Below, piece after piece: positions 1-7,679 of a stretch of DNA of 11,836 nt; the first letter of the stretch is position 1; every line of letters starts with the position of its first letter. Source of the DNA: Candidatus Thorarchaeota archaeon (GTDB lineage Archaea; Asgardarchaeota; Thorarchaeia; Thorarchaeales; Thorarchaeaceae); NCBI GenBank assembly GCA_048882385.1, contig JBHLRQ010000090.1, positions 1-11,836 of the forward strand, in the 5' to 3' direction. The translations under genes and the position numbers were made by a program. Under the pieces are notes generated by a model. It did not search any database, was not told the origin of the DNA, and saw only the letters and a program-made list of their open reading frames with translations.

Positions 1-27
1 AGACTGTAGATCAAACTGAAGGTTCAT
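1..27 (-). CDS. 5' end of the next operon gene (MNLQFDLQS...), running off the window; probably the LivM-type permease
   Basis: ATG at 27 follows a GGTGA SD that overlaps the stop of the upstream permease. The frame is open to the window edge. Identity is inferred only from typical liv gene order. Confidence 0.5.
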
Positions 28-33
28 CCTATG

Positions 34-885
34 TCACCACAACTCCTTCTTTCCTAGCAATCCCTGTGGTCTGACTAATAGCATTATAAGAATGACAACG
101 ATAGGGACTATCACTGAGAAAGTCGGACTAATCAGGAAGTCAGTAATTGTTGTTGCATATCCCATAACAAATGCGCCAAGAATGCTTCCTGTTGTACTGC
201 CCATTCCTCCGAATATTGTTACCGAAAAAGCAAGTAGAAGATATCTCCATCCTATTCTTGGAGCAATAAAATTCCCTGGAGCATACAAGACAGCAGCAAA
301 TCCGACAAGCAAAGCGGATATCATCAGAGTTGTCATCAGAATCAAATCAGTGTTTATTCCAACCAGTTTGGCAGCTTCAAAGTCTTGAGATACAGCTCGG
401 ATTGATTTTCCTAGATTCGATTTACTAATGAACAAGGTGACAAGTGTGACAAGAATCAAAGACCCAGCCACCAGTGCTATTAGTTGGGCAGGAAACGTGA
501 CACCGAGAAATGTGATGGTACCTGGTACAAAAGGGACAATATAGTGTGTTTTCGGATCTCCTACAAACTTCACAAACTGCTCGAAGAAGAATGCCAAAGC
601 AAAGGTCACTAGAACTATGCCAATATGGGACTCTTGTAATGGTTTCATGAGACCCAGGTATGTTATGGCGGCAATCCCTACTACTGAAGCCAGGCCAATT
701 GCGACAGCTGGCCAAAAACCAACAATTGGGATTGTCCAATATACTATATAGATAGTTATGAGGTAGAAAGCTCCATGAGCAAGATTGAGCATTCCTCCTA
801 CTCCATACACCAATGAAAAGCCAATCGCTAAGAGAGCTAGTAACGCTCCTTGCACCATTCCAAAGATTAGTATTTCTTCTATCAA
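34..885 (-). CDS. livH: Branched-chain amino acid (HAAT) ABC transporter permease, LivH family
   Basis: Motifs LLAIGFSLVYGVGGMLNLAHGAFY, GKSIRAVSQDFEAAKLVGIN, FGGMGS and RPQGLLG, with many TM segments. The likely start is TTG at 885, 5 nt after the SD GAGGTGA; the ORF-track GTG at 894 lies inside that SD. Confidence 0.92.
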   Translation of the reverse strand: MIEEILIFGMVQGALLALLAIGFSLVYGVGGMLNLAHGAFYLITIYIVYWTIPIVGFWPAVAIGLASVVGIAAITYLGLMKPLQESHIGIVLVTFALAFFFEQFVKFVGDPKTHYIVPFVPGTITFLGVTFPAQLIALVAGSLILVTLVTLFISKSNLGKSIRAVSQDFEAAKLVGINTDLILMTTLMISALLVGFAAVLYAPGNFIAPRIGWRYLLLAFSVTIFGGMGSTTGSILGAFVMGYATTITDFLISPTFSVIVPIVVILIMLLVRPQGLLGKKELW

Positions 886-934
886 TTTGTTCACCTCTGT
901 TCTATCAGTAGACTAAGACTTGTTTCAAAAGAAG

Positions 935-968
935 AAACATCCCCCCTTAAAAAAAGGGGGGGAAGTTT
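935..968 (-). terminator. Intercistronic GC-rich stem-loop followed by a U-rich tract (partial terminator or mRNA-stabilising hairpin)
   Basis: Plus strand reads CCCCCCTT-AAAAA-AAGGGGGG (941-961), an 8-bp stem extendable by AAAC/GTTT. On the mRNA strand it is followed by UUUCUUCUUUU. It lies between the binding-protein stop (998) and the permease start. Confidence 0.65.
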
Positions 969-997
969 TAATCAACTGATTTCTGTGTTTTCGCGAT

Positions 998-2380
998 TTA
1001 CGGATTGATGCCATCATCTTCTATCCACTGCGGTAACTCAAACGTAGCAGTAACAATAGTGTCTGGATAGATCAGACCGCCACTTGACACACATTGCTTT
1101 GTACCGTCTGACTGCCACTGAGTGAAAAGTGTGTAGCTATAATCCGGACTTTCAAACAGGTCATGACCCAAAGTCCAGGCAACCCTACCGCCTGCTCCAA
1201 TAAATGGACTAGCGAGGGTGAATTCTTCAAGAGCCGCAACAACGTCATCTGAATCAAATGACTGGGCCTCCTCAATAGCCTGTGCATACATGTACATAGC
1301 ATCATAGCTTCCAACTGCAGTGTAGAGGGGTTCTGAATTGTAGTTGTCTAGGAATGCATCCCAGAATGCTATTGTCCTAGTTGTCTTGGCTGTACGTAGT
1401 GTTGATTGAAGAATCACTTCGTACGCACATTTGCCGCCAGTCTCGTCCCAATAACTGTCAAGCTGTGACATCACATCTATACCAGCGAGTACAGTACCTG
1501 GTTGAGCATCCGCATACTGCGTCATCATCAGGATACCACCCTGTGCAGATATGATTGGAATCGTTATCTGTGCTCCTGCAGCATCGATCTGTGACCAATA
1601 TGTGGCAAAGTCTGTAGCTTCAGCAGTGATTGGATAACCTACATCTGCTACAACACTCAGGTTGTAAGCAGGCAAGTACCCATTTAGGAAAGCATCCATG
1701 CCAGCAGTCCAGCTAAGATCTTCCCGAATGATAGCAACCTTCGAGATATTTGCGCCAGTTACTGCTGTCAGGTAGCCATCCAGATATAAAATGTACCTCA
1801 ACAGTGATGACGCCAAAGATGTTGAGTTGATGGGCATTGCACGGAAGAAGTACTTGTACCTGGCATAGTCGTCAATCACATTCTGACAGAAGCTATCAGT
1901 AGAGGCTCCTGTATCTATAAAGATCAGATCCTCATCCATTACTGTCTCGACATATGCCAGAAGCGATTCAGTTCTGAATCCACCCAAAAGGAATTGAGCA
2001 CCATCTTCTGTAATTATCTTCGTCGCTGCAGCGGTCCCTTTTGATAAATCAAGTTCTGCGTCAGCTTCGGAAGTATCCTCAGATATTATTCCAAAGTAAT
2101 ATGTTTCGCCACCGACGTCAATACCACCTGCGGTATTAATCTCATCACAAGCCAAATAGGATCCATACCAAGCACCTTCACCTTGTATTTCTGTCATAGG
2201 GTCTAATATTCCCACAACAATGATGTGATCACTTGGTGTTCCAGCAGGAGCGCCTGGTGTTACTAGCTGTCCTATAACTACAGCACCATATGCAGTAGGC
2301 AAGAACAGATACAAACCTACAGCCGCGCCTGCGACTATTACGATGATGAGAACTACGGCGACAATTTGTCTAGTTTCCAT
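998..2380 (-). CDS. Liv/HAAT-type ABC transporter substrate-binding protein with N-terminal membrane anchor
   Basis: N-terminal hydrophobic helix (IVAVVLIIVIVAGAAVGLYLFL) and family motifs LACDEINTAGGI, LGGFRTE, YKYFFR and YDAMYMYAQAIEEAQSFDSDDVVAALE. It sits directly upstream of livH. ATG at 2380 follows AAGGAG. Confidence 0.9.
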   Translation of the reverse strand: METRQIVAVVLIIVIVAGAAVGLYLFLPTAYGAVVIGQLVTPGAPAGTPSDHIIVVGILDPMTEIQGEGAWYGSYLACDEINTAGGIDVGGETYYFGIISEDTSEADAELDLSKGTAAATKIITEDGAQFLLGGFRTESLLAYVETVMDEDLIFIDTGASTDSFCQNVIDDYARYKYFFRAMPINSTSLASSLLRYILYLDGYLTAVTGANISKVAIIREDLSWTAGMDAFLNGYLPAYNLSVVADVGYPITAEATDFATYWSQIDAAGAQITIPIISAQGGILMMTQYADAQPGTVLAGIDVMSQLDSYWDETGGKCAYEVILQSTLRTAKTTRTIAFWDAFLDNYNSEPLYTAVGSYDAMYMYAQAIEEAQSFDSDDVVAALEEFTLASPFIGAGGRVAWTLGHDLFESPDYSYTLFTQWQSDGTKQCVSSGGLIYPDTIVTATFELPQWIEDDGINP

Positions 2381-2402
2381 AGATTTCTCTCCTTCATCTC
2401 TC

Positions 2403-2459
2403 CTCACATGTGAGATGTGTTCACTACTGACTGATACGCTGATATTTAAGTATTGGTTA
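2403..2459 (-). promoter_or_regulatory. Candidate archaeal promoter of the liv operon plus a 12-bp palindrome
   Basis: Minus-strand TATA-like TTAAATA at 2449-2443 with an A-rich upstream segment (AACCAATAC). The perfect palindrome CTCACATGTGAG at 2403-2414 lies just downstream of the expected TSS. Confidence 0.5.
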
Positions 2460-2575
2460 ATTCGCTTGACAACCTTGAACTCCCTTTATCATTTATCTAA
2501 TTAACCTAGTTCATTTTCGAACATATTTGTAACATTTTTTGAGCTTGTTCGTCATAGATTAAACCGACTGTTTAG

Positions 2576-4012
2576 CTACTCTTCTGAGATTCCAACAAGG
2601 TATTTTGCAATCCTCTTCCTCAATTCCAAATCATATCCTTTCAGAATGGCTACATCTTCCATTTGAGGACTTCCACCTCCATGCAGACCAGCCACAGCGG
2701 ATACGCCTCCGATTGATGAACACAGCATATCAGAGAGAGCCCTATAGAGCTTGTATATATCCTCAGAAGGAACATCTTCTTTTCTTTTGAGATATTTCTG
2801 AAGCAGGGGTCCAATCGTTTCGTCATAGAAATCCCCTTCGTGGGGAAGTGTTGCGGGTAGACCTCCTGCCAAATCAGCTAAGATCTCGAGCTCATGATAG
2901 TAGTTCTTTCCAGCATGTTTTCTTCCGACATTACAAAAGACCGTATCAGGAATCATAGTACCTGAATCATCCTTGGTTGCTGTGTGGGCAGCAGCAATTC
3001 CAGCTGCATAGACAAGTTCACTAACACTGATTAAATCTGCAAGTTTGGATTGCACATGTTTCTTATCCTCAATTCCACTATATTCGGTAACTAATGCACT
3101 CATACCTAGGATAATCTCTGAGCTTGCGGGTTTACACCCAGTGTAGCTGTGACGATGATATAGGGCAAAGAGCAATGCTGTCCATCCGCCAAATGCATGT
3201 TCTCCCTCTAGTCCGCCAAGAAAGACACGCTCGTTGGGAACAAAGACATCATCAAAGATTATGAAATTCTCCACATCGCCAAATTCACCCATAGGGCAAG
3301 CAAAGTGCTCTCTCTTATGCCCTGATGCACGTGTTACTAGTTTGACACCATCCCAGTCACCAGGGACTGCGAAGGCGACTGCATATTCATCTTCCTCAGG
3401 CGTTAGCATTCGAGTCGGTGTTACTATGATTTCCTCTGCTACAGCTGCTGCTGTAATGTGATTTTTAGCACCTCTAACAACGATGCCATCATCACGATGT
3501 TCAACTACATGTAAGTAAAGGTCTGGGTCTGCTTGCTGATGAGGTCTCAATGCACGATTGCCCTTCACATCAGTTTGCGCGCAACTGCCTACAATATCAT
3601 TCTCTTGCCAGAATTTTAGATATTCTTTGAATCTCTGATTGTAGGGTTGACCAGTCATGGCTTCAGCCCGATGTGTGATAATGGATAGAGCATTCATAGC
3701 ATCGATGCCCATACAACGAAAAACACAGCCCCCGGTTTGACGACATATCTTTCTTGTAAGCTCTTGTTTCTTAAGCAAGTCATCAACACTCTGGTGGATG
3801 TGAGTAAATCGATTGATGGTACCAAATTCCGGAGATTCCACATTGAGTAACTCCTTGAATTCTGGCTCATCGACCTTATCCAAAGTCAATGCCATTATCT
3901 TGGCAACTGATTGCAATCGTGGATCATCACGGCGAACATTTTCCCCATTGATAATCACGTTTGGCTTCATCTGGTATAGTTTTTGCAGGTATTCTTCTCC
4001 AGTCTTCATCAT
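2576..4012 (-). CDS. abfD: 4-hydroxybutyryl-CoA dehydratase / vinylacetyl-CoA isomerase family protein (FAD, [4Fe-4S])
   Basis: CxxxC in GGCVFRCMGIDA and Hx6C in YHRHSYTGCK match the Cys3His cluster ligands of AbfD. Also QTDVKGNR, DGIVVRGAKNHIT, FDDVFVPNERVFL and HGGGSP. The start is placed at ATG 4012 (MMKTGEEY); the ORF track uses GTG 4027. Confidence 0.85.
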   Translation of the reverse strand: MMKTGEEYLQKLYQMKPNVIINGENVRRDDPRLQSVAKIMALTLDKVDEPEFKELLNVESPEFGTINRFTHIHQSVDDLLKKQELTRKICRQTGGCVFRCMGIDAMNALSIITHRAEAMTGQPYNQRFKEYLKFWQENDIVGSCAQTDVKGNRALRPHQQADPDLYLHVVEHRDDGIVVRGAKNHITAAAVAEEIIVTPTRMLTPEEDEYAVAFAVPGDWDGVKLVTRASGHKREHFACPMGEFGDVENFIIFDDVFVPNERVFLGGLEGEHAFGGWTALLFALYHRHSYTGCKPASSEIILGMSALVTEYSGIEDKKHVQSKLADLISVSELVYAAGIAAAHTATKDDSGTMIPDTVFCNVGRKHAGKNYYHELEILADLAGGLPATLPHEGDFYDETIGPLLQKYLKRKEDVPSEDIYKLYRALSDMLCSSIGGVSAVAGLHGGGSPQMEDVAILKGYDLELRKRIAKYLVGISEE

Positions 4013-4029
4013 AATCAACTGTAACACAC

Positions 4030-4053
4030 AAGTATTTCTGATACTTAACTTAA
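4030..4053 (-). promoter_or_regulatory. Candidate TATA box of abfD overlapped by an inverted repeat
   Basis: Minus-strand TTAAGTA at 4048-4042, about 30 nt upstream of ATG 4012, with no SD (near-leaderless). Inverted repeat AAGTAT-N5-ATACTT at 4030-4046. Confidence 0.4.
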
Positions 4054-4130
4054 ACGGAAGAAATCTGAGAAAGAGAATTCTTGGGAAAGGCTAAAACTGA
4101 AGACTGTTTTCCTTTAATTGGGAGATTGTA

Positions 4131-4514
4131 ATGGCTGACGAAGAGTCCAAATTCAGAAGAAGTCGTGCAAAGGAAATTACTCTCAAATTCATCGAGTGTA
4201 TCAATTCAGGAGACTGCAAGGGACTCATGGACCTTCAGACTGATGACTTCATGTTCATTGACCTATCGGGAAATCGACATATTGGAAAAGACAGCTGGGA
4301 GAACTATTTCACATCATATCCAGACTATAAGATCCATGTTGATAAATTATTAACCAGTGGGAGTGGAGTTGCTGTTTATGGTAGAACAACAGGATCGCAT
4401 GCAGGTCCAGAGATAGATGAAACTTGGAAAATACTATGGACTGCTGGAATTCGTGATGATCAAATTGCAGAGTGGAGAATCTATACCGATTTCTATGACA
4501 TAAAAGGAACTTAG
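4131..4514 (+). CDS. SnoaL-like / NTF2-family small protein
   Basis: 127 aa with an NTF2-like pattern (FIECINSGD..L..LQTDDF.FID, W.NYF..YPDY.I, I.EWRIY.D). GGAG SD at 4121-4124. Confidence 0.8.
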   Translation: MADEESKFRRSRAKEITLKFIECINSGDCKGLMDLQTDDFMFIDLSGNRHIGKDSWENYFTSYPDYKIHVDKLLTSGSGVAVYGRTTGSHAGPEIDETWKILWTAGIRDDQIAEWRIYTDFYDIKGT

Positions 4515-4534
4515 TTCAAGAAAGGTACGCGTTC

Positions 4535-5011
4535 CTAGACATTCTCACCGAAGAACATCAGATAATCAGTACCCGGTACATCTATTCCCATGTCACTAAG
4601 GATAATTGCAAGTTGTCCTCGATGGTGCGCGGTATGTAGCAGGTATTGAAGGAAGAAATCAACTACATCAATTTCAAATGGTTCTTCCTTGATATGCTTA
4701 ACCATGATTTTGTCTTGGGGAATTTCCTCGATTGCAGAACTCAAACGAGTATCAAGAACCTCCCAGCGTTTGAGTAATTCCTGCCGTGGGAGTCTCTTGA
4801 CTCTTTCAAAAACAGACTTATCTCTCTCATTCTCGATGAAGTAAAAACAGGTTTCCAAAGCAAGAACAATATGCTGGACTATTGTTTTTGGACTTCTTCC
4901 GTTCACTTCTTGAGAGAACATCTCGGAATCAAAATCGCTAAGAACCTCTCTCATCTTCCAGCCTGCCCAAAGATGATAGTCTGCAAGGTTCTTGAAAACC
5001 ATCTCTCTCAA
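4535..5011 (-). CDS. DinB/YfiT-like family protein (putative metal-dependent thiol S-transferase fold)
   Basis: YHLWA near the N-terminus, QHIV, LHTAHHRGQ and the PGTDY tail. The His triad is present. Start is TTG 5011 or ATG 5002. Confidence 0.85.
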   Translation of the reverse strand: MREMVFKNLADYHLWAGWKMREVLSDFDSEMFSQEVNGRSPKTIVQHIVLALETCFYFIENERDKSVFERVKRLPRQELLKRWEVLDTRLSSAIEEIPQDKIMVKHIKEEPFEIDVVDFFLQYLLHTAHHRGQLAIILSDMGIDVPGTDYLMFFGENV

Positions 5012-5016
5012 CTACC

Positions 5017-5049
5017 GTAGACTAGATACAATCGAACGTATTAGTCTAC
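5017..5049. other. Intergenic hairpin between pfkA and dinB
   Basis: GTAGACTA-g-ATAC (5017-5029) pairs with GTAT-TAGTCTAC (5038-5049): 12 bp, one bulge, 8-nt loop. Confidence 0.55.
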
Positions 5050-5055
5050 CGAGTT

Positions 5056-6027
5056 TTAGCTTGACAGTTCTTCGAGAAGCCCGAGCATCCATTGATCGAT
5101 TGGTTTCTTTCCTGACCATGTTTCTTCGAAAGGTGTCATCACGAGCTCACCATTGACTTCTCCAACCATTCCTCCGTGTTTTCCATTCAATAGGCACTCG
5201 ATCGCATAAGCTCCTAGTCGAGTTGCAAGAATCCTATCGAAATGAGTCGGATTTCCACCCCTCTGTATATATCCAAGGACTGAAACTCTACACTTTTCTC
5301 CAATCTTTTCTGAGAGCGCTTCTCCAATCACATGTGCATTTCCAAGCTCATCACCCTCAGCTACAACAACAAGAACACTCGATTTTGCTCTTTCTCTTGC
5401 TTTGATGACTGTTTCAGCCAGCTCGTCGATTGATGTTTCAGTTTCAGGCATTAGAATTGCAGATGCTCCAGTAGCAAAACCAACATGAAATGCGATATGT
5501 CCAGCATGCCGACCCATGACTTCAACAAGAAAAACTCGTTGGAAAGACTGAGCTGTATCCCGTATCTTGTCAAGCGCTTCTAATGCATTGTTAACAGCAG
5601 TATCGAATCCGATAGTATAATCTGTTCCATAGAGATCGTTGTCTATTGTTCCCGGAAGTCCGATCAACCTACCTTTCCAATGTCTGCTAAGTGCATCCAG
5701 TGCATGCATTGTTCCGTCGCCTCCAATAGCTATCAATGCATCTAATCCTCGTTTGGTTAGAATTCGTGCGGCCTTCTTCTGGCCTTCCTCAGTTCTAAAT
5801 TCTTCAGATCTTCCGGTTGTAAGTATCGTACCGCCTCTATGTAATATCCTGGAGACAGATCTCGAATTCAGTTCATGCATTTGTTCATCGAGAATACCTT
5901 GCAATCCACCGAATACTCCAAAGATTTCACAATTCCGATGAATACCAACTCGTGTGATAGCACGAATGGCGGCATTCATTGCAGGACTATCTCCACCACT
6001 AGTTAGAACTGCAATTCTCATGGGCAT
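5056..6027 (-). CDS. pfkA: ATP-dependent 6-phosphofructokinase, PfkA family
   Basis: LTSGGDSPAMNA, IGGDGT, PGTIDND, IGFDTA, VEVMGRHAG, VAEG and LGYIQRGG. Gly in GGDG and in PGTIDND indicates ATP rather than PPi specificity. Confidence 0.95.
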   Translation of the reverse strand: MPMRIAVLTSGGDSPAMNAAIRAITRVGIHRNCEIFGVFGGLQGILDEQMHELNSRSVSRILHRGGTILTTGRSEEFRTEEGQKKAARILTKRGLDALIAIGGDGTMHALDALSRHWKGRLIGLPGTIDNDLYGTDYTIGFDTAVNNALEALDKIRDTAQSFQRVFLVEVMGRHAGHIAFHVGFATGASAILMPETETSIDELAETVIKARERAKSSVLVVVAEGDELGNAHVIGEALSEKIGEKCRVSVLGYIQRGGNPTHFDRILATRLGAYAIECLLNGKHGGMVGEVNGELVMTPFEETWSGKKPIDQWMLGLLEELSS

Positions 6028-6104
6028 TGTAATAACTCCAGCACAAATAAGTACAACCTATGAAAGATATTTGCATAGAGTTGTCGAGGATGGGACAAGA
6101 GAGA

Positions 6105-6731
6105 ATGCATGGAAAGAGTCCTGAGGAACAAGGAAGAATTGTTCGGGAAGGTTATGATAAGATTGCACAAGACTATGTGGAGCAAAGGGGACAATACTGC
6201 GATGATAGAGAGATTCAGGAGTTTATCGACCTACTACCTGAGAAAGCCAAAGTATTGGACATTGGTTGTGGCGGCGGAGTTCCCATTCTAAAGCTGATGC
6301 TGGAGAAGGGATTCATTGCAACAGGTATTGACTTTTCAAAATCTATGTTAGAACTTGCCAAGAAGAACGTCCCCGAGGCAGAGCTCATTTATGGAGATGT
6401 TACGAAGACAGACTTCGAATCGAATTCTTTTGATGGCATCATCTCCACCTATGCGATTATTCACATTCACAAAAGTCTTCATCCTGTGATATACACACGA
6501 ATCTACAATTGGTTGAAACCAAGTGGTGTGATGCTTATGGGTACATCACATTCAGAGTGGGAAGAGATTGCGGAATATCATGGAGTTGACATGGCTTGGA
6601 GTCATCCAGCTCCGCCTGATAGTCTCCAAATGGTCAGGACTACAGGATTGGAAGTTATCTTCGACCGTCTTGTTCCAACAGGAAATGATGAAACTGTTTA
6701 CTGGATTTTAGCTAAGAAACCATCAGACTAG
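6105..6731 (+). CDS. Class I SAM-dependent methyltransferase
   Basis: GYDKIA, motif I VLDIGCGGG, GIDFSKSML, FDGI and LKPSG. The start is uncertain (ATG 6060, 6090 or 6105); 6105 leaves room for divergent promoters. The 3' end overlaps corA by 9 nt. Confidence 0.88.
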   Translation: MHGKSPEEQGRIVREGYDKIAQDYVEQRGQYCDDREIQEFIDLLPEKAKVLDIGCGGGVPILKLMLEKGFIATGIDFSKSMLELAKKNVPEAELIYGDVTKTDFESNSFDGIISTYAIIHIHKSLHPVIYTRIYNWLKPSGVMLMGTSHSEWEEIAEYHGVDMAWSHPAPPDSLQMVRTTGLEVIFDRLVPTGNDETVYWILAKKPSD

Positions 6732-7679
6732 TCCCTTACGTCTGAGAAATAGAAGTAAAGGCAATGTTATGAATAGGCTTGCAAGCATGACGATAACAAA
6801 TGCAAATGGATCAGCGGCAAAAGGTAAACCGACGTTCATTCCATAAATGCTGGCAATTAAAGTTGGGACACTAACAAGGAGTGAGATTGAAGTCAACGTT
6901 TTGATGACTCTATTCAAGTTGTGACTAACCATACTATCGTATGCATCCATGGCATTCGCAATCAGTTCTCTATAGATATCGCTCAATTCAACCTGCTGTT
7001 GCAAGTCGACCTCAAGTTCCTCCAAGCGATCGACATCCAGAATCATACGTCCAATAATATTGAATCTCTTCAGACGACGAAGAACCTTAATGTTTGCCTT
7101 GAGTGCTGTTTCCATGAAGATTGCGTCACGAGAGAGTTGGAAGAACCACTCAAGTTGTGAGGGATATATCTCCTTCATGATGACATCTTCAGTCGCATTG
7201 ATTGTATCTTCGATGAGGTCGAGTGTGGTTTCAAATGAGTGAATCACAAGCTCCCACCATCTATAGATGACCTCATTTGCTGTTGTACTCAAACGAACCT
7301 TCCGTCGTAGGCGATCCTTTCTCCTCGGAACCTCATCATTCTGTATGACAATAATATCTCGTCCATTTGTGAAAATTCCAATTGGATTTGTCGAATACTC
7401 ACGTTCTTCGACTCTCAGATCAACTGGAACGCGGAGTACTATCATTGTAAATTTATCTTCAATCTGTAATCGTGGACGCTCATCAAGGTCCTGTACATCT
7501 TGCAGATCTTCTAAATCGATTTCAAAACGTTGAGAAATTTTGGTTAAGTCGTTAGGGCGAATGCCTACTATCTCTATGAGCAGTGGTTCATCAGGGGCTT
7601 CTTCCAGGGTGGCATACTTTATTCCGCTCTCCAATGCCATAATGGAGATTCTTCCATTGTCTACTGTGTCGCCGCTCAT
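6723..7679 (-). CDS. corA: CorA-family Mg2+/Co2+ transporter
   Basis: GMN signature (ASIYGMNVGLPF) between two C-terminal TM helices, DLDERPR, and the NLNRVIKTLT stalk. ATG 7679 lies 6 nt after the SD GAGGTG. Confidence 0.93.
   Translation of the reverse strand: MSGDTVDNGRISIMALESGIKYATLEEAPDEPLLIEIVGIRPNDLTKISQRFEIDLEDLQDVQDLDERPRLQIEDKFTMIVLRVPVDLRVEEREYSTNPIGIFTNGRDIIVIQNDEVPRRKDRLRRKVRLSTTANEVIYRWWELVIHSFETTLDLIEDTINATEDVIMKEIYPSQLEWFFQLSRDAIFMETALKANIKVLRRLKRFNIIGRMILDVDRLEELEVDLQQQVELSDIYRELIANAMDAYDSMVSHNLNRVIKTLTSISLLVSVPTLIASIYGMNVGLPFAADPFAFVIVMLASLFITLPLLLFLRRKGLV

Noticed and set aside
908-916. GTAGACTAA matching an arm of the 5017-5049 hairpin
   Set aside because: A single 9-mer match between unrelated spacers is expected by chance.
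2576-4012. Annotation as 4-hydroxyphenylacetate 3-hydroxylase (HpaB), or as proof of autotrophic 4-hydroxybutyrate cycles
   Set aside because: The Cys3His Fe-S ligands point to the dehydratase branch. One gene does not show carbon fixation, and no other cycle genes are in the window.
4086-4115. AT-rich inverted repeat AAAGG-ct-AAAAC / GTTTT-CCTTT upstream of the SnoaL gene
   Set aside because: It is weak and low-complexity, overlaps the probable promoter, and has no support for a function.
6723-6731. 9-nt tail-to-tail overlap of the methyltransferase and corA
   Set aside because: This is common in compact archaeal genomes.
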